A DNA stretch of 64,000 bases from the NCBI RefSeq assembly GCF_009914755.1, contig NC_060935.1. The stretch is one strand, 5' to 3'. The DNA is from the human T2T-CHM13v2.0 reference genome, Homo sapiens. Shown here one piece after another: positions 13,927-31,181 of this stretch. The position numbers and the translations under genes were made by a program. Each line of letters begins with the position of its first letter. The first letter of the stretch is position 1. The notes below the pieces were generated by a model, which did no database searches, was not told where the DNA came from, and worked only from the letters and a program-made list of their open reading frames with translations.

Positions 13927-16900
13927 CTAGAGTAAAGCTTGTTTTGGAATTGTGGTTATTTAGGTAGGGACTGGTTTAAAATTTGTTTTTTGTTATTTAT
14001 GTAAAAAGATTTAAGTAATATAAAGTAGATTTCATGGACAATATTTAAGTCAAGAACAAACTATTCATAAACCAGTTGCTCTGCTTTTCTCCTTATCCTT
14101 TATAACTTCTGTATTCTAGACTCTCATCATCAGCTATCTGGACTGTTTTCTGTGGTCTCTGCAGTGTCCTGGACTTCCTCTAATCTTACCCTCTTCAAAC
14201 TCGTCTTCCACCTGACTTCTAAAATGATCTTCCTTAAATGAGAATCTCTAAGAACTCTTTTTTTCAAATCCACCCATATTTCCGTCTCCTTATTTAGGTA
14301 TCTTATCCGCACTGCTAAGGTATCTTAGGTATCTTATCCGTAAAACCTGTGCTCATCTCATAGCTTTAATCATATAGTATGGAAATTAATTATAGATCTT
14401 TGTCCTCCCCTAGAATTGAGGATGGGCTGTGTATCTTATTCTTGTGATATCCTCAGTGCTTGACATGTATCTAATTAGCCACTTGACCAAAGTAAGTTTG
14501 GTCAAGAGAAAATGATTTTATGTATCTTGAAAATATGTTTATTGTAAATTCTCTTTTATATTGAGGACTTAGGCAATAATTAGAATAGTAGAATGTTAGA
14601 GTTGGAATGAACTTAAGAGTCCATCCCATTTCATCTTTGGTTTATAGATAAGAAAGTTCCAAAGAGAGAGGGGAGTGACTTAAGTTAGTGGGAGTGTAGG
14701 GAGAAGCACCTAGGTCTCTTGACTCCTACATGTTCTATTGCCTCATGCAGTAGTACATTTTAGAGCGCAAGAATGTTGCAGCATCCTCAAACTTCCTAGG
14801 GTAGATTCTGTTGAAAAACTGTCGGTGCACATCTGTAATCCCAGCACTTTGGGAGACTGAGGTAGGCAGATTGCTTGGGCTCAGGAGTTTGAGACCAGCC
14901 TGGGCAACATGGTGAAACTGCCCAGGTGCAGTGGCTCAATCTTGGCCCACTGCAGCCTCCACCCCTGGGGATCAAATGATTCTTGTGCCTCAGCCTCCCT
15001 CAGCTGGGATTACAGGCATGTGCCACCACGCTATTTTTTTTTTTTTTTTTTTTTGTATTTTTAGTAGAGACAGGGTTTTGCTATGTTGGCCAGGCTCGTC
15101 TTGAACTCCTGACCTCAAGTTATCTGTCCGCCTTGGCCTCCCAAAGTGCTGGGATTACAGGTGTGAGCCACACTGTGCCTGCCCTCAACCCTGTTTCTAC
15201 AAAAAAAAAAAAAAAAAAAATTGGTTGGGTGTGGTGGCGCATACCAGTAGTCCCAGCTACTTGGTGGTGGGAGGATCGCTTGAGCCCTGGAGGTTGAGGT
15301 TGCTGTGAGCTGAGATTGTGCCACTGTACTCCAGCACAGGCCACAGAATGAGACCCTGTCTCAAAAAGAAAAAAAGAAAAACTGTGTGCTGTTAGATCTG
15401 GCACAGTTAGCACACAGATGGTATTTTATTCTGAGTTCTAATTGTTTGCCTTATTGCTCTAGAAACTATTTAGAAGACTTCACTGCTCTTATACTGAACA
15501 CACCTTATCTGCTGGATCTGGGAAGAAAGTGATCAGGAGCAACTTGGGCTTAGCTATATTATAATTAGAATAGATTGCAGACTGTTAAAATAGTTACACA
15601 CGTATGTGTCTTTTTTTGAGGGGAGTATGCATTGTTCAGCTGGGAAACACATTTATTTTCTGTTGGATTAAGCGGTTTCTTAAAGATTCAATAAATAAAC
15701 CACTCACAACTTAGAATTTGTTTTTCTTAAAAATGTATGCTAATACCCTGTGCATTACCTGTCTTAAAAACTGGAACTTATAATGTGGCCTTGAAAACAG
15801 TGAAATGCAGTGAGGTTTAATGGGATTGGGGCCAGAAGACTTGTATAATAATATAACCTTGGGCAAGTCTCAGTAACCTGAGCCTCAGGTTCTTCATGTA
15901 AAATAGGTATAGTAATAATCATCTCACAAAGTGATTGTGAAATGTCAGAGATTATCAAAGTTGATAATTACTTATCAACTTTGGTTGAGAATCATTTGAA
16001 CCTCGGGGGCGGAGGTTGCACTTTGTAATTTGTGAAGTGCTAAAGAAAGTTGTCATTAAATTATCATAATTCAGCCCCAGACCTAATTTATACTTCTGTC
16101 TCCTTTAATTGGCCTGATTAAAGTTTGATTCATTTGCTTTTCTGTACTTACCTTATGTGGAATTTGGGAAAAGTAAGTATGGAGCTGGAGCCCTGATCAC
16201 TTAGGGAGAATCTGAATGAAAAATGGGGAAACCCTTATATAGAATCAGTCTGTTGGGAGAATTTGAATGAAAAATAGGGAAATATAGAATCATTAGTATG
16301 TTTTCAGCTATTTCCCTGTGAGACTAATCGATTTAAAGGCTATACTTAGATTTTTTTTAATGACACTTTCATTTTATATGTAGTATACATTTTCTGATAG
16401 TTCTGCTGGATTATGCATTCTCATTACTAAGTTTCCCACTGCCCACCATTCTGAAAGATAAGTTTTCAGAGAAGTAAGTTGTCTTGTTCTTTGTTTGAGA
16501 CAGGGTCTCATTGTGTCGCCCAGGCTGGAGTGCAGTGCCATGATCATAGATAGCTCAGTGCAGTCTTGACTTCCTCAGCACAAGCAATCCTCCCACCTCA
16601 GCTTACCCTGTAGCTGCAACCACAGTCACTTACCACCATGACTGGCTAATTTTTTTATTTTTAGTAGGGATGGGGTCTCATTATATTGCTCAGGTTTGTC
16701 CCAAACTCCTGGGCTCAAGCGAGCCTCCTACCTTGGCGTCCCAAAGTGTTGGGATTACAGGTGTGAGCCACTGTGCCCAACCTGTCGTTTTTATTGTGAT
16801 GTGAATTTGATTGTTTTCTTTTTTCTTTCCTTTTTTTTTTTTTTTTTTTTTTGAGACAGGGTCTCACTCTGCCACCCAGGCTGGAGTGCAGTGGCATAAT

Positions 16901-17299
16901 CACAGCTCATTGCAGCCTCAGCTTCCCGAGTAGCTGGGATCACAGGTGTGTACCACCACACCCAGCTAATTTTTTTTATTATCTGTGGAGATTGGGGGCG
17001 GGGCAGGGTGGTCTTCCTAGCTTGCCCAGGCTGGTCTCGAACTCCTGGACTCAAGCCATTCTCCCACATTGGCTTCCCAAAGTGCTGTGATTATGGGTGT
17101 GAGCCACAACGCCTGGCTTTTTTTTTTAATAGTGTCGTGAACTGCTAAGCTTAAGTGATCTCCTCACCTCAGCCACTGAGTAGCTGGGACTATAGGCATG
17201 TACTACCACACCTGGCCATGATGGTTTTCTTAATTACTCTTTTAAGGAAGCTATTGTTTCTTGGGAAAGCTCAAGTAATTCTTGGTTTTATTTTTGTAG

Positions 17300-17477
17300 G
17301 CTCAGATCACCATGAAAGTAATCCAAGGCTTGTACAGTGGGGTCACCACAGTGGAACTAGATACTTTGGCTGCTGAAACAGCTGCAACCTTGACTACTAA
17401 GCACCCTGACTATGCTATCCTGGCAGCCAGGATCGCTGTCTCTAACTTGCACAAAGAAACAAAGAAAGTGTTCAGTG
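17300..17477 (+). CDS. RRM1: RRM1 exon 3 ([12 protein letters not shown]...KKVFS)
   Basis: gtag|GCT ... AGTG|gtaagt; 178 nt. Confidence 0.97.
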
Positions 17478-17724
17478 GTAAGTCTGGGGTGAAAAAGTAA
17501 AAATTTAGTACTCTCAGAAAAGTAATAAGGGTACTAGAAATAAATCTTGACTGTTTAAAGAAGCAAATATGGCTAGATGGGGTGGCTTACACCTCGAATC
17601 CCAGCAATTTGGGAGGCCAAGGCAGGCAAATCGCTTGAGTCCAGGAGTTTGAGACCAGCCTGGGCAATGTGGCGAAACCCCATCTCTACGTTTTAAGAAA
17701 AATCTAAAATTATAAAATAGACTA

Positions 17725-18142
<418 letters not shown>

Positions 18143-18166
18143 TTAAAATTTTTTTATTTTTTTTGA

Positions 18167-18382
<216 letters not shown>

Positions 18383-18688
18383 TGATCCACCCGCCTCGGC
18401 CTCCCAAAGTCCTGGGATTACAGGCGTGAGCCACCGCGCCCGGCCCAGGAATCTATTTTAAACTACAAGAACTTATAATCACTTTAACTCTAGAAGATTG
18501 TTTCCTTAAATGAGGCATTACATATTTCTTCAACATATATGTGTTTATTGAGCACTTTATATGCTAGGCATTGAGGTGGGTTGAGATGACAAAAAGGGTT
18601 GAGAACCACTGTTTTCAACTATTACCTAAAGATTGAATTAGCTGTTAAGTGGTCTTGATATATTTTCATTTTTTGTTGTATTTTTTAG

Positions 18689-18789
18689 ATGTGATGGAAG
18701 ACCTCTATAACTACATAAATCCACATAATGGCAAACACTCTCCCATGGTGGCCAAGTCAACATTGGATATTGTTCTGGCCAATAAAGAT
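18689..18789 (+). CDS. RRM1: RRM1 exon 4 (DVMEDLYNY...LANKD)
   Basis: ttag|AT ... GAT|gtatgt; 101 nt. Confidence 0.97.
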
Positions 18790-20897
18790 GTATGTATAAC
18801 ACTTATCTGGTGGAAATTTTTTGAGAGTCTTTTTTAATAATGCACACATTTTAGAAAATTTAAACACTGCAAAAGATACAGGTAAATACTAATTCTGTTT
18901 CCTACCCTGATTCCTGATTTTCCTCTCTAGAAACAACTTTATCATTTTAAAATGTATTTTTCCAGAGCTATTTTGTACATACGTGTGTGCATACATGTGT
19001 ATGTGTGTACATACATATTTTTCTTCTCAGTGGTACTGTACTGTGCATACAGTTTTCATTGATACTTTCTTCACTTGTAAGTATATCTTGTTTGTTCTAT
19101 ATCAGCCTTTATGAATTTACCCTTTTTTATAACAGTTGTATAACGTTCCATTTTGTAGATATATTGTCATTGTATGTATGTGTAAGAATTCCTTTAGTGA
19201 TCAATATTTGTTTTTCATCTTTTCACTGCAGTGAATATTCTTGTATGGTAGGTGTTTTGCTCATAGATGAATATATCTGTAAGATAAATCCCTTCAGTAG
19301 AATTGCTGAGCCAATGTGTATATGAATTCAAAATTTTGATAGGCATTGCCAAACTGACTCCCAAAAAGGTTGCTCAGGTAAAATTTTACAAGCTCATGCT
19401 CAGCAACTTAAAAATTATCCACTTGTGTTTGAACCTGTTTCTTAACTAGATGCCAGAGGACAGAAGGGAAAAGATGTAGCCTAGCCAGCCCTTTTACACA
19501 CAGGATTTATTTACCGTGTATATCTGGACAGATTAGAGACCAGTTTTAACTTTAGGTAATATAATGATTAGGCCGGGCGCGGTAGCTCACGCCTGTAATC
19601 CCAGCACTTTGAGAGGCTGAGGCGGGTGGATCACGGGGTCAGGAGATCCAGACCATCCTGGCTAACACGGTGAAACCCCGTCTCTACTAAAAATACAAAA
19701 AATTAGCCAGGTGTGGGAGCTGGTGCCTGTAGTCCCAGCTACTCAGGAGGCTGAGGCTAGAGAATGGCGTGAACCCGGGAGGCGGAGCTTGCAGTGAGCC
19801 GAGATTGGGCCACTGCACTCCAGCCTGGGCAACAGAGTGAGACTCAGTCTCAAAAAAAAAAAAAAAAAAAAAGAATGATTAATTGACTATCTCTCTAAAC
19901 ATGTATCTGATGTTAAAGAGACTAGGAGAAAACTGAGTTGTTTGTGTGTTGTTAATTTGTGTAATCTCGAAGACAAGTTGAAGACAAAAATACAGCAGCA
20001 GCAACAGCAAAACCTGTGTCTAAAAATATACCTATTGATAGTCAAGTATTTCAGTTCTCTAATATTCACACTGGGCCCATACCTGCCTTTGGCAACAAAG
20101 ATGACCTTAAAATTTTAAGAGAAAAGGAAAGCAAGCTTTCGTATAGGTTTTTCTAGTCCTTAGATATGGATCATTATGTAGAAACACTGTCAGTATTTTG
20201 AAAACCTGGCTCCTTTTTTTTCTCTCCAAAATGATTATTTGTACGTTATTGCTTTTATTTTCCTCTGAATGACTTTGTAGCCTACAAAAACTCTGTAACA
20301 AGGACCAGTTATGCTCTAAAATCTTACTGTTACAATAGTTCTTTGTTGGAAACTTGTTAAAGGACTATAGATTTTGAAGAGCCTCAGAATTAACATAAGC
20401 CTGCTTCCTGTCATTGTTTATTATATATACTGTTATATACAGTTTGAAGTAGGCTAGCTTTTAAAATAAATATATATATATATTAGTAAATATGTGGTAC
20501 CAATACTTTTGGATTAATAGCCAATCTAAAAACATGTTTAAGGATGATAATATAGTCCCATTTATGCTCATGTTTTTTCCCTCTTTCAAAACATACTATA
20601 AACATAATAGTAAAAGTTTGGAAAATCACATTTAATCTCACAACATATATTTATGTATTATCTTCTAGTGTTTTCATATACATGTTTTTAAACCTAATTA
20701 GGATACTTAATTTATATGTATTGTTTCTTTTTTTTAGAATGTTAGATGGACTTCTATTCTACAGTAATAATGCTTAGTGTTATCTCATTGTATCCTGTGT
20801 TGATTTTAGTTCTGGAGTCAGGGCCGAGAGATAAGAGATTTTGTGAAAATAAGTAATTATTTTAATTTAATTATGGGTTCTTTTTCACCCCTATCAG

Positions 20898-20957
20898 CGC
20901 CTGAATTCTGCTATTATCTATGACCGAGATTTCTCTTACAATTACTTCGGCTTTAAG
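20898..20957 (+). CDS. RRM1: RRM1 exon 5 (RLNSAIIYDRDFSYNYFGFK)
   Basis: tcag|CGC ... AAG|gtaaat; 60 nt. Confidence 0.97.
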
Positions 20958-21419
20958 GTAAATAATGGGTTTCAAGTATGTGGGAATTTATACTTAAATC
21001 ATGAAATAAAGGATTTTGTTTATGTTTTGGTGACAGTTATCAAGGCCATAAGTTGTTTGGAGTTGAGATGGACCTGGGGAATTAGTGGGGTTAAGGTAGC
21101 AGTGGTGGTTTGAATTAAGGCAAAGGTAGCTTATCTATTTGCAGTTTTTGAATTTTCCACATATTACTTCTGGATTACCTGAGGAGTTATGCAGATAAAT
21201 TACCATAAGTATTTCATAACATTCTAAGTATTTTTGCGTTGATAGGCAGTATAGTATAGTGTAGTGACTGAGAACATGAATGTCAGTGTCCACCTGAATT
21301 CCAGTCTCTGCTCTATTTCTTATTAGCAAGTTATTTAATCTCTCTGTGCTTGTTTCCTCCATTTTAGAATGGGGAGAATATAAAATTTCAACAACAAATT
21401 TAATTAAAAAAAAATTTTT

Positions 21420-22219
<800 letters not shown>

Positions 22220-22445
22220 TTAAGTGTTAGCTGTTGTGAAGTTGATGATGATGATGAATACTACAACTTCTGTTAATGTGTGTAGAGCTGGCTTTTTCCA
22301 GAAATTTTCATGCAGTCTCTGCCGAAACAAAAGTGCCAGTGAGGAGGCTGAGATGGGAGGATTCCTTGAGCTTAGGAGTTTGACACCAGCCTGGGCAACA
22401 CAGGGAGACCATGTCTCTACAAAACGTTTTAAAAAGTTTTTTTTA

Positions 22446-22808
<363 letters not shown>

Positions 22809-22854
22809 TTAAAAACGGTGCTCTGAAAATTTTTTGTTGTTTCTCTCTTTCTAG

Positions 22855-22894
22855 ACGCTAGAGCGGTCTTATTTGTTGAAGATCAATGGAAAAG
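22855..22894 (+). CDS. RRM1: RRM1 exon 6 (TLERSYLLKINGK)
   Basis: ctag|ACG ... AAAG|gtgaga; 40 nt. Confidence 0.97.
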
Positions 22895-23153
22895 GTGAGA
22901 AATGAACATGTTTGTCTGTTACATTTTCTACTCATTATATTGAATGTATAGCTTTGAGCTATAAGTCTTAATATTCTTGCTTAGACTCTAGATAACATTT
23001 TGGACTTTAGGTTTAGTTTGTGGATAATTGTCCTGTTTATTAGTATAAAGTTTTTCTAGTTTCCTTTTGGTGTCCTTTTCTGAAATTCAAATACGTATCT
23101 CAACCTACTTTTTCTGACGTCTCATCATGTGAAAACTCCTCTTTTGTCTATAG

Positions 23154-23316
23154 TGGCTGAAAGACCACAACATATGTTGATGAGAGTATCTGTTGGGATC
23201 CACAAAGAAGACATTGATGCAGCAATTGAAACATATAATCTTCTTTCTGAGAGGTGGTTTACTCATGCTTCGCCCACTCTCTTCAATGCTGGTACCAACC
23301 GCCCACAACTTTCTAG
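23154..23316 (+). CDS. RRM1: RRM1 exon 7 (VAERPQHML...[15 protein letters not shown])
   Basis: atag|TG ... TCTAG|gtaggt; 163 nt. Confidence 0.97.
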
Positions 23317-23608
23317 GTAGGTGTTTTGAGTAGGGAAATAAGCCTTGACCTGAAGAAACTGGGCAGTTAGTTCATCACATAAAAAATAATTTAATGACCT
23401 TTTAGTAGCTGCCTGCTCTGATTAAATGAGATTTAGATTCTGGAAAGATCTCTGACTGTAATGTGGTAAATGAATTGGAGAAAAGGCAAATGCTTATAAC
23501 AAAAATGTTCTAAAATTGATTGGATTGTGGTGATGGTTACACAAGTCTATGAGTATATTAAAAGCCATTGAGTAGTACACTTTAAATGGGGAATTATATT
23601 ATTTGTGA

Positions 23609-23954
<346 letters not shown>

Positions 23955-24824
23955 TAAGTGCCAAGAACTAGTTAGGGGACTCTTATAGCAGTTTATATAA
24001 GAAATTGTGGTAGTCTAGATTAGGGAGGTGAAAGTAGAAATTGACAGAAGCAGATAGATCAAAAGATATTTAGGGCCAGGCATGGTGGCTCACATCTGTA
24101 ATTCCAACACTTTGGAAGGCTGAGGTGGGAAGATCACTTGAGGTCAGAAGTTCAAGGCTGCCGTGAGCCATGATTATGCCACTGCACTGTAGCCTGGGCA
24201 ACACAGTGATACCTTGATTAAGATAAAAATATATATAAAAGATATTTAGGCTGTCAAATTGACAGAATATGGGTCAAGAATGGTTCTTGCATTTATGGAT
24301 ACAGTAAGTAACAGGATTAATGATGATGCCATTTGTTGAGAAAAGGAACACTAACGGTCTGGTAATACATTAAAAAAAAAAATATGCCATTATCAAGTTG
24401 GTTTGTTTCAGGAATTCAAGAACATGGTAACATCAAAAAATACATTAATGTAATTCATTGCATTAACATTTTATGCAGTTTAATGCTCTTTCATAATAAA
24501 CACTTTAGCAAAATTGATATAGAAAATAACTTCCTTAATTTGGCAAAAGATACCCAATAAAAACCTAGATGTATCGTCTCTTTTTTCAGCATGGTAGTGG
24601 AGGCCTGAGCCAGCATTGTAAAATAAGAAAAAGAAAAGATTGGAAATCAGGGAACAAAACTGTAATGATTTGAAGAAATGATTTTTACATAGGAAACTCA
24701 AGAGCATCTGCAGACACATTATTAGAAATAAAAGATTTCAGCAAAATATCTGGATATAGGTTCAATATACATCAATCAGTTATGTTTCTGTACTTTAGCT
24801 GTTAGAAAATTAAGTCTTAACCTA

Positions 24825-26297
<1,473 letters not shown>

Positions 26298-26797
26298 TGA
26301 TTAAAGGACATTAAATAATAAATAAATGGAATAGATTCAATTTTATAAAAATGTCAGTTTTTCCCAAGTTAAAATATAGATTCAAAGTAATTCTAGGCAA
26401 AATCTCAACATACTGATTCTAAAATTCATGTGAAAGAGCAAAAGACTGCCCAAAAATGTCAGGTCGAAATTCCTGGAACCTGTAAATGTTACCTGATAAG
26501 GAAAGTGGTCTTTGTAGAGATGATAAGGATTTTGACATGGAGAGATTATCTTGAATTATGTGGGTGGGCCCTTAATCCAATCAAAAGTATCCTTGTAAGA
26601 GAGAGGCTGAGGGAGATAACGACTCACAGAAGGGGAGAAAGTGATGTAAAGATGGAGGGAGAAATTGGAGTCATGTGGCCACAAAGGAGAGCAATTAGCC
26701 ACTAAAAGCTGGACAAAGCAAGGAACAGATTCTCCCTCAAAACCTCTGGAGGGAGCACTCCAAAAAAAAAAAAAAAAGTGAGTTGCAGACATTGTGA

Positions 26798-26938
<141 letters not shown>

Positions 26939-27215
26939 TAGCTGGGATTACAGGCACGCGCCACCACACCCAGCTAATTTTTGTATTTTTAGTACAGATG
27001 GGGTTTGTCCATGTTGGCCAGGCTGGTCTCGAACTCCTGACCTCAGGTGATCCACCTGCCTGGGCCTCCCAAAGTGCTGGGATTAGAGGTGTGAGCCACT
27101 GCGCCTGGCCCTACTTCCACTTATATCTCGATAGGAGAATATATAATATGACCTCAGAGCAAAACACCATAGAGCAAAACATTGGAAAAATTGACTACAA
27201 TTAAAAACTTCTGTG

Positions 27216-27561
27216 TGAAAGGCAATGGAAGGGCACCGTGGATCAATAAGGCCGAGAGGCGAGACAAAGAGGGCAAAAATCTTCTTTATTGAGCTCTCGG
27301 GCGAGGTTCACTGGTCCGCAGGGGGAGGGCCAGGGAAGTCTCGCTGTGCCAAAGGTGCAGCGCGCTTTTATGGATGCTGGGTGAGGAGTGGTCAGGGTAG
27401 GGGCAGGGTCGGTTGAGTTTCACGCTTCTGAGTGTGACACGCCCTAGTGGGCATGTGCGTTAGTCGGGGTGGCAGGAACAGGAAAGGTGAACCCGGAAAT
27501 GCTGAGTCAGGGTGTCCGAGGTGGCGATCGCCATCTTGGAGTCTTCACCGGAGTCCAATCA
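27216..27561 (-). mobile_element. Intact 346-bp solo LTR, ERVL class (LTR18A-like)
   Basis: TG...CA termini; perfect 5-bp TSD CTGTG (27211-27215 and 27562-27566); minus-strand ATAAAA box and AATAAA. Family name is from memory. Confidence 0.8.
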
Positions 27562-29572
27562 CTGTGAACCAAAAACGAAGTCAAATAACAAGTTTCACAC
27601 TTTGGGAGGCCAAGGTGGGTGGATTACCTGAGGTCAGGAGTTCGAGACCAGCCTGGCCAACATGGCGAAACCCTGTCTTTACTAAAAATACAACTATTAG
27701 CCAGGCGTGGTGGCGTATGCCCATAATCCCAGCTACTCAGGAAGCTGAGGCATGAGAATCATTTGAACCTGGGAGACGGAGCTTGCAGTGAGCCAAGATC
27801 ATGCCACTGTACTGCAGCCTGGGCAAAAGAGTGAGACTCTGTCTCAAAAACAACAACAACAAAAACACCCAAAAAAACAAGTTTCAGACTGGGAGAAGAT
27901 ATTTGCAACATGTTAACTATTGAGAGATTATAAGAAAAACAAGGCCAGGTGCAGTGGCTTCTGCCTGTAATTCCAACACTCTGGGAGGCCAAAGCAAAGG
28001 CTGGCTTGAGGGCAGAATTTGAAACCAGCCTGGGCAACATAATGAGAGCCTGTCTCTACAAAAGTAGAAAATTAGCCAGGCGTGGTGGTGCACACCTGTA
28101 GATTTAGCTACTTGAAAGGCTGAGGTGGGAGGATCGCTCGAGCCCAGGAGGTCAAAGCTGCTGTGAGCTATGATCATGCCACTGCACTCCAGCCTGGGTA
28201 ACAGAGTTAAACCCTGTCTCAAAAAAAAAGAAAAGAAAAGAAAAGAAAAACAGAAAGCCAAATAGAAACATGGGCAAGGGCTATAAACAAATAATGCATG
28301 GAAGAAGAAACTTGATTGGCTAATAAATGTCTGAGATGTTAAACTGTGCAATAGGAAAATGAAAATTATGTATATATATATTTGATAAAAATGAAAAGGC
28401 TGACAATTCCAAGCACTGATAAGAATGTGGAGCACAAGGAAATCTCATACATTGCTAGAAATAGATTTGTCCATCCACTTTGGAGAATCTTTAGTAAAGT
28501 GAAACGTGTATATCTTTTGACCCAGCAGTTCCTCTCCTAGGTTCATATTCTACAGAAATGCTTAGAGATAAACACAAGGTGTTGTGTTCAAGAATTTTTA
28601 TAGCAGCATTGTTTGGAATTGCAAATGAATTGGAAATAATCCAGATGTTCATCAACAGGCACATGGGACAAATGTTTTGGTATATTTATACAATAGAATA
28701 CCTTATAGCAATGAAAATAAAGTTTGTTTACATATATCAAAAGGATTAATTTCTGTAAAGCAATATTGAATTAAAACAAGTTGCAGAATGATAAACAGAT
28801 ATGCAACCAGAAAAATTCTAAGTGTATAACATGTAAAAATGTCATAAAGGAAATGCTTGAAAATGTTAGAGGATTGCAATGAGGGTATATTTGTGGTGTC
28901 TAATTTTTTGAGGTAGGTGGCAAGTACAGAGTATTTGTTACATCATTCTCTATATTTTTCTGAATGTCTGAATATTTATATAAACACCTAGTCAATAGAT
29001 AGAATCCATTTGCATGATTGAATATTCAAGGCAGTGAAGAGATTATTGATAGAGTAAGGTTCCTGAGGTGGGGAGCAGGATGAGATCCAAAGTGAGGTAA
29101 AGGGGTTGTCTTTAAAAAGACTGTAAAGGAGCTATGATTTTGGTAGACATATCAAAGAATTGGTTGACAATTGGAGAGATTATTTTCATAAATGTTTGTT
29201 TTTCTTGGCTTACTAACAACCTGAAAAGACGGTGATGTATGTTTATGAATATGCATGAGAAAATGTGAAAATAGCACGTTTGCAGTCTGGTGAAAATGTA
29301 AGCCAATATTTTAGACTTATCTATAAGACTTCCTACTAGGCTTATTTACTTACTATCTAGGGGAGGCAGCAAGATGATTTTAAAATGATATTTCGATATG
29401 TTTTATTGTGTCATGTACAGTAAAGTGGGTTTTCTTCTTTGAAAATCATTTAGGAACTTTCTAAACTTCAACTCTTTTTTTTTTTTTGCCTTAGTGTCTT
29501 TGTGTTGAGTAATCATTTTTGTGACTCTGCTTCATTTCCTTGCTCTAAGTTGAGACATTTTTTCCCCCGTAG

Positions 29573-29714
29573 CTGTTTTCTTCTGAGTATGAAAGATGAC
29601 AGCATTGAAGGCATTTATGACACTCTAAAGCAATGTGCATTGATTTCTAAGTCTGCTGGAGGAATTGGTGTTGCTGTGAGTTGTATTCGGGCTACTGGCA
29701 GCTACATTGCTGGG
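29573..29714 (+). CDS. RRM1: RRM1 exon 8 ([14 protein letters not shown]...SYIAG; redox Cys218 at 29574-29576)
   Basis: gtag|CTGT ... GGG|gtaggt; 142 nt. Confidence 0.97.
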
Positions 29715-31097
29715 GTAGGTTTCTGCCATTTGACTTTTAAAGGGGGATTCAAGTCTAAAAGCAAACAGATTCATGGTTGAGAGGGCATATGCTATTTTTT
29801 GGGAGTCCTGGGTCTCTGTTAAATTACTAAATGGCTATGTGACTTGGAGTGAGTCATTTTACTTCTGGCTTCATTTTCATCTATGATATTAGATATTTAG
29901 ATTTGACTAGATAATCTCTAGAATCCTTTTTAGCTCAGGTTTTAGAATTCTGGCTTATTTTAGCAGTAATAAGAGCAGTTATCATTGATTGATTGCTTAC
30001 TGTATGTTAAGTTTGTTATAAATGTTTTACATGAGGTACTCATTTGACCCTTACTACAACGCTATGAGGTAACTATGATTATAGACTCATGCCAGGAATT
30101 TTATTCCTTAAAATAACCTTGTGAATAAAGGTACCATTGTCTAATTTTACAAGTGAGGAAATTGAGACTTAGAAAGTTGTTACTTTCTGAGATCAATCAC
30201 TTAATATGTGGTAGAGCCAGGATTCAAGATTTATGCATTGACACTTTATGATGTAAACTTTAGCCCTTTGTTAGTTTACTGTTCAATGGGAGTCAAGATA
30301 ATAGTTTTGGATTTAAATCCTAGCTCCACTACTTAACTAGTAATGTGGCCTAGAGTTAGTTATTTTGTGTCTGAGTTTGTTTCCTTTTCTGTAAGGTGAA
30401 GAAAATATCTAACTCTGTAGAATAAAGTTCCAGAAGGAAATTATTCCATTATGTTGTGTTTTGGAGGTGCTGTGATATATACAGCACTTTACACAGTGGT
30501 AGAGTGAGCTATTGCTCACTTATCTTTCTAGACTGTTTAAAGGCTTGTGTTGGGATCAGAAGGGTTAAAGAATTTGATGAAGTATCTTCTAGTCGTAGGA
30601 GTCTCTATTTTCTTAACATCATTCTAGAGTCCACTTATTGCTGAGAATCTCCTTTTACCTTATTTATTGCCCTGATATAGCTATCGCATATAATTCTTAT
30701 TGTAAATTGCCTTGATTTCTTTTGGGAAAAAGGCATTGTAGTAGTGTTTATATTCTTTTTTACTCTACCCAAAGTGTATCTTTATATAACGACCTTTAGA
30801 AGATGTAGAGTTTAAATTTAGCTACCTTGATTTTGGATCCCTTTGGCCTGTAATTGTTACATCTCATTATAAATTAGAAATGCCATGAGGTAACTTAGTA
30901 CATAATTGTAATTTATTCAACATTTTGTTGATTTTATTTGGGCATTTTTCCAAAGCAGAAGTAGAGATGGAGAGCAGGTAAAACTTCATAGATTGCTACC
31001 TAGAAATTAGGCATCTTTTTTGATAAAAGAATGGGGCCATTTTTTTCTTTTCTTTGCTGAGTGCCCTCTGTCATTTCTATCATGGTCTCTCTTTTAG

Positions 31098-31181
31098 ACT
31101 AATGGCAATTCCAATGGCCTTGTACCGATGCTGAGAGTATATAACAACACAGCTCGATATGTGGATCAAGGTGGGAACAAG
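31098..31181 (+). CDS. RRM1: RRM1 exon 9 ([28 protein letters not shown], specificity loop 2)
   Basis: ttag|ACT ... AAG|gtatgc; 84 nt. Confidence 0.97.

Noticed and set aside
18781-18786. AATAAA inside exon 4
   Set aside because: Asn-Lys codons immediately adjacent to a 5' splice site; unlikely to function as a poly(A) signal.
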